A DNA stretch of 64,000 nt from Flavobacteriaceae bacterium UBA3339. Lineage in GTDB: Bacteria; Bacteroidota; Bacteroidia; Flavobacteriales; Flavobacteriaceae. The DNA lies in the NCBI GenBank assembly GCA_002360925.1, contig DERN01000001.1:7806-71805 (forward strand), given 5' to 3'. Made by a program: the position numbers and the translations under genes. A model generated the notes under the pieces. That model worked only from the letters and a program-made list of their open reading frames with translations. It ran no database searches and was not told the DNA's origin. This document shows, one piece after another, positions 49,823-59,200 of the stretch (positions are counted from its first letter, which is position 1; every line of letters begins with the position of its first letter).

Positions 49823-52711
49823 ATGATTAGCCACTACACCAACCGTTGTTATATTATTTTATTTTTTACTTTTTTAATCAACTTTACACTTTTTGCTCAA
49901 GAAGGGAATCAATTACAACAAAAAAAGATTGACTCGCTTACAACTATTCTACAAAAAAAATCTGCTACAGATACTATTACACTATACCGAATCAAAGAAC
50001 TTCTTGGTCTTTTGGTACGAGATCTGCAATTTGATCTGGCTACAAATTATGCCCAGAAAGCAATAAAAATATCGAAAGAACTAAATTTAGAAAAAGAAGA
50101 AGCAGATATTTACAATATTCTGGGAATTGTTCATGCGTACAAAGGAGAGTATCCCAAGGCTTTGGAAAACTATCGCATTGGCTTAAAAATATTTGAAAAA
50201 GCTGGAGATAAATGGGGAGTAGCCAATTCTCATAATCACATCGGAATTGTTTATTTATATCAAGGGAATTACCCCGAAGCGCTCGAAAATTATTTCAAGG
50301 GCTTAAAAATATTTGAGGAAATAGACTATAAGAAGGGAATTGTAAATTGTTATAATAACATTGGAGTTGTTTATAAAAATCAAGGTAAATACCCCGAAGC
50401 ATTGAAAAACTACTTTATGTCCTTAAAAATATATGAAGAAATCGGGGATAAACATGGTATTGGGATGTCTTACAATAACATTGGGAATATTTATCATCTT
50501 CAAGGCAAATATCCTGAAGCGCTGAAAAATCATTTAGTGGCTTTAAAAATAAAAGAAGAATTGGGAGATAAACATGGAATCGCGAGCTCTCATAACAATA
50601 TCGGAATTATTTATAAAGAACAAGGCAAGTATCCCGAAGCACTGAAAAATTACTTTGTATTCTTAAAAGTAGGTGAAGAAATAGGGGATAAATCGGGAAT
50701 TGCACAAGCTTATAACAATATTGGGCTTGTAGAATATGAATTAAATAGACCAGTTTCTGCCCAAAAAAACTTCGAAAAAGCTTTGATTCTTGCCAAAGAA
50801 ATAGGAACAAAAAGTCTTTTAAAGGACATTTACTACAATTTTACATTAGCCGACAGTACACTAGGTAACTATAAAAATGCTTACGAAAACTACAAGCAAT
50901 ACATTGTATATCGTGATAGTCTAATTAACGAAGAAAACGAAAAGAAAAGCCTCGAAGTATCCATGGGATACGAATATGACAAAAAGGCTGCTGTTATTCA
51001 AGCAGAGCTTAAAACCAAACAACTACAACGTAACGCCGCGTTTGCTGGTTTGGGAGTTATGGTGGTATTAGCTGTTTTTATCGTTTATTTTTTCAGATTG
51101 AGAAATAAAAAATTAGAAATTGAAAAGCAAAATCTGGAATTGCAACGCAGGGAAATGGAAGTTATTAAGGAAAACGAACAGTTCAAATCTCGATTTTTGA
51201 CAAATATTTCACATGAATTCAGAACACCTCTTACCTTAATCAACGGACATGTGGAAGTATTGAAAGAGAATGGGCGAGAAGAAGATTTTTCTCATTTTGA
51301 TGAAATCGAACAAAACGGTAAAAGACTTCTTACTTTAATTAATCAGTTGCTTGATCTCTCGAAAATGGAAAGTGGACAATATAAGTTAGAGTACAAAAAA
51401 GGAAACGTGTTAAATGAAGCCAATATGCTTGTACAATCTTTCTATTCGTATGCCGAACAACACGGAATTTCGCTTATACTTAAGCAAACCGAAAAAGCGA
51501 AAACTTTATCTGAAAGTCCATTTGTCTATTCATCGGAGGCTTTGGCTGTTATTATGACCAATTTAATGTCTAATGCAATCAAATATACTCCTTCTGGAGG
51601 AAGTGTAACAGCAATTATAGATTACCAAAATGACAAACTTTTTATTACCATTGCCGACACAGGACAAGGGATTTCAAAAGAGCATTTACCTAAAATATTT
51701 GATCGTTTTTATCAAGTAGATGAACCTGGACAACGCACGTATGCAGGTTCGGGTATTGGATTGGCATTGGTAAAAGAATTAGCAATACTGCACGGAGGTA
51801 ATATTAAAGTTGAATCTCCTGACGAAGGAGGTTGTGTTTTTACTTTTTGGCTTGAAAGTTCAGAAACAGAAAATATTGAAAGCATAGATTCTGTTGAACA
51901 AAATACAGACTTTCTAATTAACGAAGAAATAGAGGTTAAAGATAATGAACTTCAAAACACAGAACTTCCTTTATTACTTATCATAGAAGATCAACCCGAG
52001 TTACGTTCTTTCATTGTTCGAAATTTAGGAGAAGAATATCGTTATGCAGAAGCATCAAAGGGTAAAGACGGAATGAAGCTAGCAAAAGAATTACTCCCCG
52101 ATTTAATTATCAGTGATGTCATGATGCCCGATGTAGATGGATTTGAATTATGTGAAACACTTAAAAATAATGTGGCAACTTCGCATATCCCAATTATATT
52201 ACTCACTGCAAAAGCAGAACAAAAAGATAAATTGGCCGGTTTAGAAACAGGGGCTGATGATTATCTCACAAAACCATTTTCACTCGCAGAGCTAAAGTTA
52301 CGTGTAAGAAATATTTTGAGCTTTAAAGAATTGCTTCGCAAAAAATTTAAAGGAAGTACGATTCCTTCGGTAGAAGAAACACCAGAATTAAGCAGTCGGG
52401 ATAGAAAATTTGTGGAAGATGTTACAGAATTGGTAGAGAAAAATATTTCCAATTTGCAGTTTGGGGTAAATATTTTGGCAGAAGGAGTATTTTTATCCGT
52501 TAGCCAACTTACACGAAAACTTAAAACCATTACTGGAAAAACTCCGGCAGATTTTATACGAAATATCCGTTTGGAAAAGGCAATTGAATTATTGAAAAAA
52601 GGAGAAAGTGTTACTGAGGTTGCTTGGGCTGTTGGCTTTGAAGATTCGATTTATTTCAGTAAAGTATTCAAAAAACATTTTGGTTTTCCTCCTTCTTCTG
52701 TAAAAGGATAA
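49823..52711 (+). CDS. TPR-sensor hybrid histidine kinase - receiver - AraC regulator
   Basis: TPR array, TM helix, SHEFRTPL, GSGIGL, SDVMMP, AraC HTH VGFEDSIYFSKVFKKHFG. Confidence 0.94.
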   Translation: MISHYTNRCYIILFFTFLINFTLFAQEGNQLQQKKIDSLTTILQKKSATDTITLYRIKELLGLLVRDLQFDLATNYAQKAIKISKELNLEKEEADIYNILGIVHAYKGEYPKALENYRIGLKIFEKAGDKWGVANSHNHIGIVYLYQGNYPEALENYFKGLKIFEEIDYKKGIVNCYNNIGVVYKNQGKYPEALKNYFMSLKIYEEIGDKHGIGMSYNNIGNIYHLQGKYPEALKNHLVALKIKEELGDKHGIASSHNNIGIIYKEQGKYPEALKNYFVFLKVGEEIGDKSGIAQAYNNIGLVEYELNRPVSAQKNFEKALILAKEIGTKSLLKDIYYNFTLADSTLGNYKNAYENYKQYIVYRDSLINEENEKKSLEVSMGYEYDKKAAVIQAELKTKQLQRNAAFAGLGVMVVLAVFIVYFFRLRNKKLEIEKQNLELQRREMEVIKENEQFKSRFLTNISHEFRTPLTLINGHVEVLKENGREEDFSHFDEIEQNGKRLLTLINQLLDLSKMESGQYKLEYKKGNVLNEANMLVQSFYSYAEQHGISLILKQTEKAKTLSESPFVYSSEALAVIMTNLMSNAIKYTPSGGSVTAIIDYQNDKLFITIADTGQGISKEHLPKIFDRFYQVDEPGQRTYAGSGIGLALVKELAILHGGNIKVESPDEGGCVFTFWLESSETENIESIDSVEQNTDFLINEEIEVKDNELQNTELPLLLIIEDQPELRSFIVRNLGEEYRYAEASKGKDGMKLAKELLPDLIISDVMMPDVDGFELCETLKNNVATSHIPIILLTAKAEQKDKLAGLETGADDYLTKPFSLAELKLRVRNILSFKELLRKKFKGSTIPSVEETPELSSRDRKFVEDVTELVEKNISNLQFGVNILAEGVFLSVSQLTRKLKTITGKTPADFIRNIRLEKAIELLKKGESVTEVAWAVGFEDSIYFSKVFKKHFGFPPSSVKG
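50105..50730 (+). repeat. Tandem 120-bp (40-aa) TPR-coding repeats
   Basis: tay-ccN-RaR-gcN (YP[EK]AL[EK]N) recurs at 50150, 50270, 50390, 50510 and 50630. Confidence 0.9.
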
Positions 52712-52749
52712 AACGAATTATTTAGTTTATTAATTCTATAAATTTTAAG

Positions 52750-52777
52750 ACCTATTAAGTATTAATACTTAATAGGT
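52750..52777 (+). terminator. Intrinsic terminator (perfect 28-bp palindrome)
   Basis: acctattaagtatt|aatacttaataggt followed by a T-run. Confidence 0.8.
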
Positions 52778-52833
52778 TTCTTTTTTTTAATGTGTTGATA
52801 TTTATTTTTTTACGTTTTTTTGTTTGTTCAAAA

Positions 52834-52901
52834 TGCTTAAAAAACACCAAGCTTTTGCGTGTTTTTTACCAAAAAAATGTAATGACACGTTGGTACATTT
52901 G
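52834..52901 (+). promoter_or_regulatory. TGC-N9-ACCAA direct repeat (22-bp period) plus TACATTTG -7 box
   Basis: Repeats at 52834 and 52856; -7 box at 52894-52901. Confidence 0.6.
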
Positions 52902-53033
52902 TATAGAATGTTCAAGTAAAAACGGTTGATTTTATTCGTACTTATTTGGCTATTCAATTATTAAAAAAGACATGTTGAATCGTGATAATTTTTAATTGTT
53001 TTTATAATATTTTTTAACATTATATTTCTTTAT

Positions 53034-53735
53034 ATGAGATCAAAAAACAGTCCTTCGTTTTTAGGTAGTGAATGGGATTTGTGGTTAAATCGTCCACATA
53101 CAAACAGTCCTCAAATTGAAAGTAAGAGGAAAGAAAGTTATTATTTTATCTTTAATTGTGAAATTAATGAGTTAGAATATATAAGCAGTAGTATTTTAGA
53201 TGTTTTGGGCTATACAGCAGAAGAATTTGATTTGAATAAATTGTTTTTATCTATTCATCCAGATGATTTAGATTATTGCAATAAATGCGAAAACAATTCA
53301 TTTCAGTTAAGAGATCGTGTTTTTTACAAAGAGTTATTTACATATTTAATTTCATATAGCTTTAGACTTAGAACAAAAGCAGGTAACTATATAACCATAA
53401 AACAGCAATATCAAACAATAGAAACAGACGAATACGGTAAAATGTTTAAAAACTTCGTACATCATGAAAAAATAGATGATTATGAGGCACGATCAGAATT
53501 TGATTTTCAGATTATTGACAAACTAAAAAACAGGTCTATTAATTTTAGTTCTAAATTTAAGCTCACTAAACGCGAAGTAGAAATTTTGGATTTAATTAAT
53601 GAAGGCTATCAAAGCAAAGAAATTTCTGAAATATTAAACGTTAGTCATCACACTATTAGAACTCATCGTAAAAATATTTTGAGTAAAACAAAATCATCTT
53701 CTTTGATTGAAGCTTTAAAAAAAACCGGAGTTTAA
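53034..53735 (+). CDS. PAS-domain LuxR-family regulator
   Basis: SIHPDD PAS fold; LTKREVEIL...TIRTHRKNILSK. Confidence 0.9.
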   Translation: MRSKNSPSFLGSEWDLWLNRPHTNSPQIESKRKESYYFIFNCEINELEYISSSILDVLGYTAEEFDLNKLFLSIHPDDLDYCNKCENNSFQLRDRVFYKELFTYLISYSFRLRTKAGNYITIKQQYQTIETDEYGKMFKNFVHHEKIDDYEARSEFDFQIIDKLKNRSINFSSKFKLTKREVEILDLINEGYQSKEISEILNVSHHTIRTHRKNILSKTKSSSLIEALKKTGV

Positions 53736-53785
53736 CTTATTAGCGCTTTGTTATTTTTTTAACTAAATATTTTGCGTTTTGGTTT

Positions 53786-54604
53786 TTAGTTTGTTTTGTT
53801 TAATGTCCAAATAAGCGCTTTTTCTTTTGTTGCTCTAAATATAGTTGCATGATTTTCTTTTGGTTCGTCAGAAAACTTCCATTCTATGTTTGTTGCTTTT
53901 TCAGATTTTAAAATATCTGCTAATTCTTTTGTAAATGGCGCAATGTCTTCTGTATTTGAGGTTGCAAACCAAATTTTCTTTTTAGCCGTTGTGTTTTTTG
54001 CTAAATGTTCTTTTGCAGTTCGTACCAAATAATGATTATTCCACCACAGCGAAGGATCAAAAGCTATGTAATTGTCAAACATTTCAGGTGACAGTAAAAA
54101 GGTTTCTATTACAAAAAGACCTGATGCTGATTCTCCTATAATACTTTTTTCGGATGTTGTTCTGTAACGCTTATCAATTTCTACAAAAAGTTCCTTTTTT
54201 ATAAAATCTCTAAATTTATCTGAACCACCTACAACAGGTGCTATTTCCTTGTCTTTTAATACTTCGGTAAAACCTGTTAAATCCCTTCTTCGTTGTGTAT
54301 TTTCAATTCCTACTAGAATTAATGGTTTTATTTTGTTTTCTTTTATGAGTTTAGCCAAAGTATTTGCAATGTGCGGAAAGTCTTCTTTTATTCCTCCGTC
54401 TGCCATATAAATTACAGGCAATGACTCTGAATTTGTTTTGTAATTTAATGGTGTCCAAACATTAATGGTTCTTTCTTCGCCAACCTGTTTTGAATCTATT
54501 TTAAAAGTTTCGTGTTCAGGAATGGAATCATTATGCTGCAAAGCTTTTGAACAGCTTATGAATGTTACAAGTACAAAAAGTAAGTTGTAATAAATAAATT
54601 TCAT
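53786..54604 (-). CDS. Alpha/beta hydrolase, IroE/BesA-like esterase (lipoprotein)
   Basis: PVIYMADG, RRRDLT, GESASG, DPSLWWN, ENHATI. Confidence 0.85.
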   Translation of the reverse strand: MKFIYYNLLFVLVTFISCSKALQHNDSIPEHETFKIDSKQVGEERTINVWTPLNYKTNSESLPVIYMADGGIKEDFPHIANTLAKLIKENKIKPLILVGIENTQRRRDLTGFTEVLKDKEIAPVVGGSDKFRDFIKKELFVEIDKRYRTTSEKSIIGESASGLFVIETFLLSPEMFDNYIAFDPSLWWNNHYLVRTAKEHLAKNTTAKKKIWFATSNTEDIAPFTKELADILKSEKATNIEWKFSDEPKENHATIFRATKEKALIWTLNKTN

Positions 54605-54631
54605 ATGTTATATTTTGTTAGTTGGCTTTCG

Positions 54632-55258
54632 TTACTCGTTATTTAAAAGGTGTTGAAATTTGTCAATAAATAGTCCAATGTGGTAACCGTCCATTAGTGC
54701 GTGATGTCCGTGAACGGAAATGGACATTTCTTTTTTTTCTTTGTTTTCGGTCATTTTACCAAATGAAATTTTTGGGCAACTGTCAGGATGCGAAAAACTT
54801 CTTGCGTGAGAAATACTCGTAAAATCAATCCACGGAATTGCAGAAAAATGAATGACATTTTCGCCCGAAACGGCAGGTAATAAATTGTTTGTGCTTTTTA
54901 CATTGTCAATTTCCTGCATCGCTTTTTCATAAAACATTTTTTCATCTTCAAAGTAATCCATATATGCAAAGCCAAATGTTCCGTTAGGTCGGCTGATAGT
55001 TGGCGAAGCATTTATTTTGTCAAAATCGTAAACTTTATTTTCAATTATTCTATATCGAAAGTTTTCTATTTCGTTTACAGCTTTTAAAGCTCTGTATAAA
55101 TAGTATAAGAAAAAAGAAACGTTTTTTTCTTTAGCACTAGAATAAGCTTTGGTGCAGTCGACTTTTACAGTTACTCCAAAAAAGGGTTCTTCAAATTTTG
55201 AAAAAAACAAAAAATGTTCTTTCCTATTCCATTTATCAATTTCTACTATTGTTTTCAT
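54632..55258 (-). CDS. cat: Type A chloramphenicol O-acetyltransferase-like protein
   Basis: WNRKEHFLFF, FSAIPWIDFTS, PKISFGK, HHALMDGYH catalytic motif. Confidence 0.88.
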   Translation of the reverse strand: MKTIVEIDKWNRKEHFLFFSKFEEPFFGVTVKVDCTKAYSSAKEKNVSFFLYYLYRALKAVNEIENFRYRIIENKVYDFDKINASPTISRPNGTFGFAYMDYFEDEKMFYEKAMQEIDNVKSTNNLLPAVSGENVIHFSAIPWIDFTSISHARSFSHPDSCPKISFGKMTENKEKKEMSISVHGHHALMDGYHIGLFIDKFQHLLNNE

Positions 55259-55362
55259 TTCTACTTCAGGTAATTTAATATTTCGTTAATAGGTTATGAT
55301 TGAAGTGCCAAACATTTAAAGTTTTCTATTCAACCCAAAAAAGTCATTTAACTAATGCGAAG

Positions 55363-55479
55363 TTATCTAATGACGATTTTAATTATTTTTTCAATTTCTG
55401 CTGATTTGGTAATCGTCATAAAATGACCTCCATTGTTTATTATAAAATCCGTTTCAACATTTTTGATTGATATAATTTT
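55363..55479 (-). pseudogene. C-terminal remnant of an alpha/beta hydrolase gene
   Basis: Start-less frame KIISIKNVETDFIINNGGHFMTITKSAEIEKIIKIVIR*; GGHFM catalytic-His-like motif. Confidence 0.6.
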
Positions 55480-55681
55480 TAAAATTAAAAAATTAAATTG
55501 AAATAAATGATCGAGATAAAAAAGACGAATATTAAATTTTCTCTTTCCTTGCTATTACTTTGAACTAGTGTTACACATTCGTTTTTTTCATTACATTTTT
55601 TTAATCTAAGTTTACTTCAAGTGTCTATATTATTTCTTTTTCAATATTTTTTAGCAACACTACTTGGGATAAGAATAACTT

Positions 55682-55717
55682 TGCAACACCATTGCAGCAC
55701 TTATTTTACTAAATTTG
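55682..55717 (+). promoter_or_regulatory. TGCAA-N5-TTGCA operator plus TAAATTTG -7 box (czc promoter)
   Basis: TGCAAcaccaTTGCA 55682-55696, 13-bp gap, TAAATTTG 55710-55717. Confidence 0.75.
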
Positions 55718-55726
55718 TAAAATAAT

Positions 55727-56065
55727 ATGAAAGTCTTTTCTTACATAATAGCACTTTATATGTTGGTATTATTTATAGTACCATGTGCTGATGCGTATGA
55801 AAATAATTTAGTTGCTGAGAGCTCACAATTTAACAATACAAATAATTTAAATGATCATGATCATGCCGAAAGACAGGATTTATGTACTCCATTTTGTTTA
55901 TGTGGTTGTTGCGGAATTGTTTCAGGGATTGTTCTTCAGTTGAATACTTTTAATATAGAAAAGATAAAAACTTTCGATTTCTCTAAAACGAAAGTATATT
56001 ACAAAACTGTCTTAATACCTCGTTACTTTGGGGAAATATGGCAACCTCCTAAGGTTAATGTTTAA
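55727..56065 (+). CDS. Cys/His-rich leader protein (DUF6660-like)
   Basis: Hydrophobic N-terminus ..VPCAD, HDH..DLCTPFCLCGCC, C-terminal IWQPPK; first gene of the czc operon. Confidence 0.82.
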   Translation: MKVFSYIIALYMLVLFIVPCADAYENNLVAESSQFNNTNNLNDHDHAERQDLCTPFCLCGCCGIVSGIVLQLNTFNIEKIKTFDFSKTKVYYKTVLIPRYFGEIWQPPKVNV

Positions 56066-56074
56066 TTCTTAATG

Positions 56075-56163
56075 GGTTAATGATTAGTGTTTAATGTTAA
56101 AGCATTAGACTTTAAAGTTTTTGGACTATACTTTTTGTATTGTCTAAACCACTATTCATTACC
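56075..56163 (+). other. Predicted multi-stem RNA structure in the leader-czcA spacer
   Basis: Outer stem ggttaatgattagtgttta / taaaccactattcattacc enclosing shorter hairpins (paired by eye). Confidence 0.45.
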
Positions 56164-56201
56164 GTTTATCATTACTAATTTTTCATTAATCGTAATATAA
56201 A

Positions 56202-59200
56202 GTGTTAGATAATATTATAAAATTCTCTGTAAAGAACAAATTCATAATAGGACTTATGACTTTGTTACTCATCATTTGGGGGGTATGGAGTGCCACTAAA
56301 ATCCCAATTGATGCCCAGCCTGATATTACAAATAATCAAGTTCAGGTCATTACGCTTTGTCCAACACTAGCAGGACAGGAAGTAGAACAATTAGTTACAT
56401 TTCCAGTAGAGCAAAGTGTCGTTAACCTCCCAAATGTAGAAGAAATAAGGAGTATTTCTAGGTTTGGACTTTCAGTTGTAACTATTGTATTTAAAGACGA
56501 AGTAGATATTTATTTTGCCCGTCAGTTGGTAATCGAAAAGTTAAAAGAAGCAGAAGAACAAATACCGGACGGTATCGGAACACCAGAACTTTCTCCTGTA
56601 AGTACAGGTCTTGGTGAAGTGTACCAATATATTCTTCATCCCAAAAAAGGAAGTGAAGACAAATATTCGGCAATGGATCTTCGAACAATGCAGGATTGGA
56701 TTGTAGCTCGTCAGCTTTATGGTACAGCCGGAGTAGCCGAAGTAAATAGTTTTGGCGGTTTACTTAAACAATACGAGGTGTCGGTGGATCCTAATCGTAT
56801 TAAGGCAATGGAAGTTAGTATTTCCGATATTTTTACCGCATTGGAAAAGAATAATCAAAATACGGGAGGTGCTTATATCGATAAGAAACCCAATGCCTAT
56901 TTTATTCGTGGCGTTGGTTTAGTGACATCACTTGAAGATGTACGTAACATCGTTGTTAAAAATACGGGCAACGTTCCTGTTTTTATCAAAGATGTAGCCG
57001 AGGTAAAGTTTGGAAACGCTACACGTTATGGTGCTTTGACTTATAACGGCGAAGTAGATGCTGTAGGAGGAATAGTGATGATGTTGAAAGGCGAAAATAC
57101 TTCGGAAGTAGTAAAAAGAATTAAAGAAAAAATCCCTGTTATTCAAAACTCTTTGCCAGATGATATTGTTATTGAACCTTATCTGGACAGGACAGACTTA
57201 ATTGAACGAGCAATTAGTACAGTCGAAAAAAACTTAATTGAAGGAGCGTTGATTGTGATCTTCGTGTTAATACTTTTTCTTGGAAATATGAGGGCGGGTT
57301 TAATCGTAGCGTCAGCTATTCCATTATCAATGCTTTTTGCTTTAGCTATGATGCGGTTATTTGGTGTTAGTGCTAATCTGATGAGTTTGGGAGCGATTGA
57401 TTTTGGACTGATTGTAGACGGTTCCCTGATTGTGGTTGAGGCTACAATGCACCATTTGGGACTTCGAAAAACGAAGCACGTGCTTACCCAAAATGAAATG
57501 GATGAAGAAGTGTTTCAATCGGCAAAAAGAATCCGTACAAGTGCAGCATTCGGAGAAATCATTATTCTTATTGTTTACATTCCAATTCTAACATTGGTTG
57601 GTATTGAGGGGAAAATGTTTACGCCAATGGCACAAACTGTAGGTTTTGCTATTTTAGGAGCCTTGATTTTATCTTTTACTTATATCCCTATGATGAGTGC
57701 TTTGTGCTTGTCAAAGAAACCAATTACCAAGAAGAATTTTTCAGATAAAATGATGAACTATCTTCAGAGTATTTATAGATCATTATTAGAAAAAGCTATA
57801 AAGGTAAAATATGTAGTTATTGCTGTGGCTGTTGGGTTATTTACGATAAGTATATTTATGTTTTCACGAATGGGTGGGGAGTTCCTTCCAAAATTGGGTG
57901 AAGGCGACTTTGCTTTCCATTGTATTTTACCACAAGGAACATCTTTGACTCAAAGCCTAGAAACTTCTATGCAAGCTTCACGGATAATAAAAGAGTTTGA
58001 TGAGGTGAAAATGGTTGTAGGAAAAACAGGTGCAGGAGAAATTCCGACAGATCCTATGCCTCCAGAAGCGACTGACCTAATGATTATCTTGAAACCTCAG
58101 GATGAATGGAAAACAAAGAAATCTTATGACGAGCTTTCAAATGAAATGATGGAACGATTAGAAGTGATTCCGGGTGTCTTCTTCGAAGCTAACCAGCCTA
58201 TACAGATGCGTTTCAATGAATTAATGACAGGTATTCGTCAAGACGTTGCAGTTAAGATTTTTGGAGAAAATCTCGACAGTCTATTAATTTATGCCAATAA
58301 AGCTAATGCTATTATTCAAACAGTTGAAGGGGTAACAGCCCCACAAGTAGAACGAGTAGCAGGTCTTCCTCAAATCAATATTGAATACGACCGTACCCGA
58401 ATAGCTAACTATGGCTTGAATATAAAGGATATAAACGATATTGTTAGTACAGCATTTGCCGGTAAATCTGCTGGTGTAGTTTATGAAAACGAGCGTAAGT
58501 TTGATTTGGTAGTACGCCTTGACAAGCAGCACCGCAGTTCTATTGAAGATGTAAGTAATCTTTTTATTCCGCTTCCAAACGGAGATCAGATTCCGCTTTC
58601 TCAAGTTGCCACCATTGATTACAAATTAGGTCCTGCGCAAATCAGTCGTGAGGATGGAAAGCGTAGAATATATGTAGGTTTTAATGTTCAAGGACGTGAT
58701 GTGGCTAGCGTTGTTAATGAAATACAAGATAGATTGACAGAACAGGTTAAACTCCCGACAGGCTATTACTTTACTTACGGCGGTCAGTTTGAAAATCTAC
58801 AAAAAGCAACTAATAGACTGCTAATCGCTGTACCTATTGCACTATTGCTGATTTTTATTCTCTTGTATTTTACATTCCATTCATTCAAGGAAGCCATTTT
58901 GGTATATACTGCCATCCCGATGAGTGCTATTGGAGGCGTATTCGCTCTTTTGTTACGGGATATGCCATTCAGTATCTCAGCAGGTGTTGGATTTATTGCG
59001 TTGTTTGGTGTTGCCGTTCTAAACGGTATCGTATTGATTGCTACTTTTAATAGGTTGGAAAAAGAAGGTTGGAATGATATTATTCCAAGAATCATTGAAG
59101 GAACTAAAACAAGGTTAAGACCTGTGTTAATGACAGCATCCGTAGCAAGTTTGGGCTTTTTGCCAATGGCTTTAAGTACAAGTGCCGGAGCAGAAGTACA

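Noticed and set aside
50105..50730. Regular repeats as a CRISPR array
   Set aside because: Repeats are in-frame, degenerate at third codon positions and encode TPRs; no spacers or cas genes.
56066..56201. NiCo (czcD) riboswitch upstream of czcA
   Set aside because: A multi-stem fold is possible, but the region is very AU-rich and I could not match the conserved G-rich junction residues. Kept only as an unassigned structure; an Infernal scan would decide.
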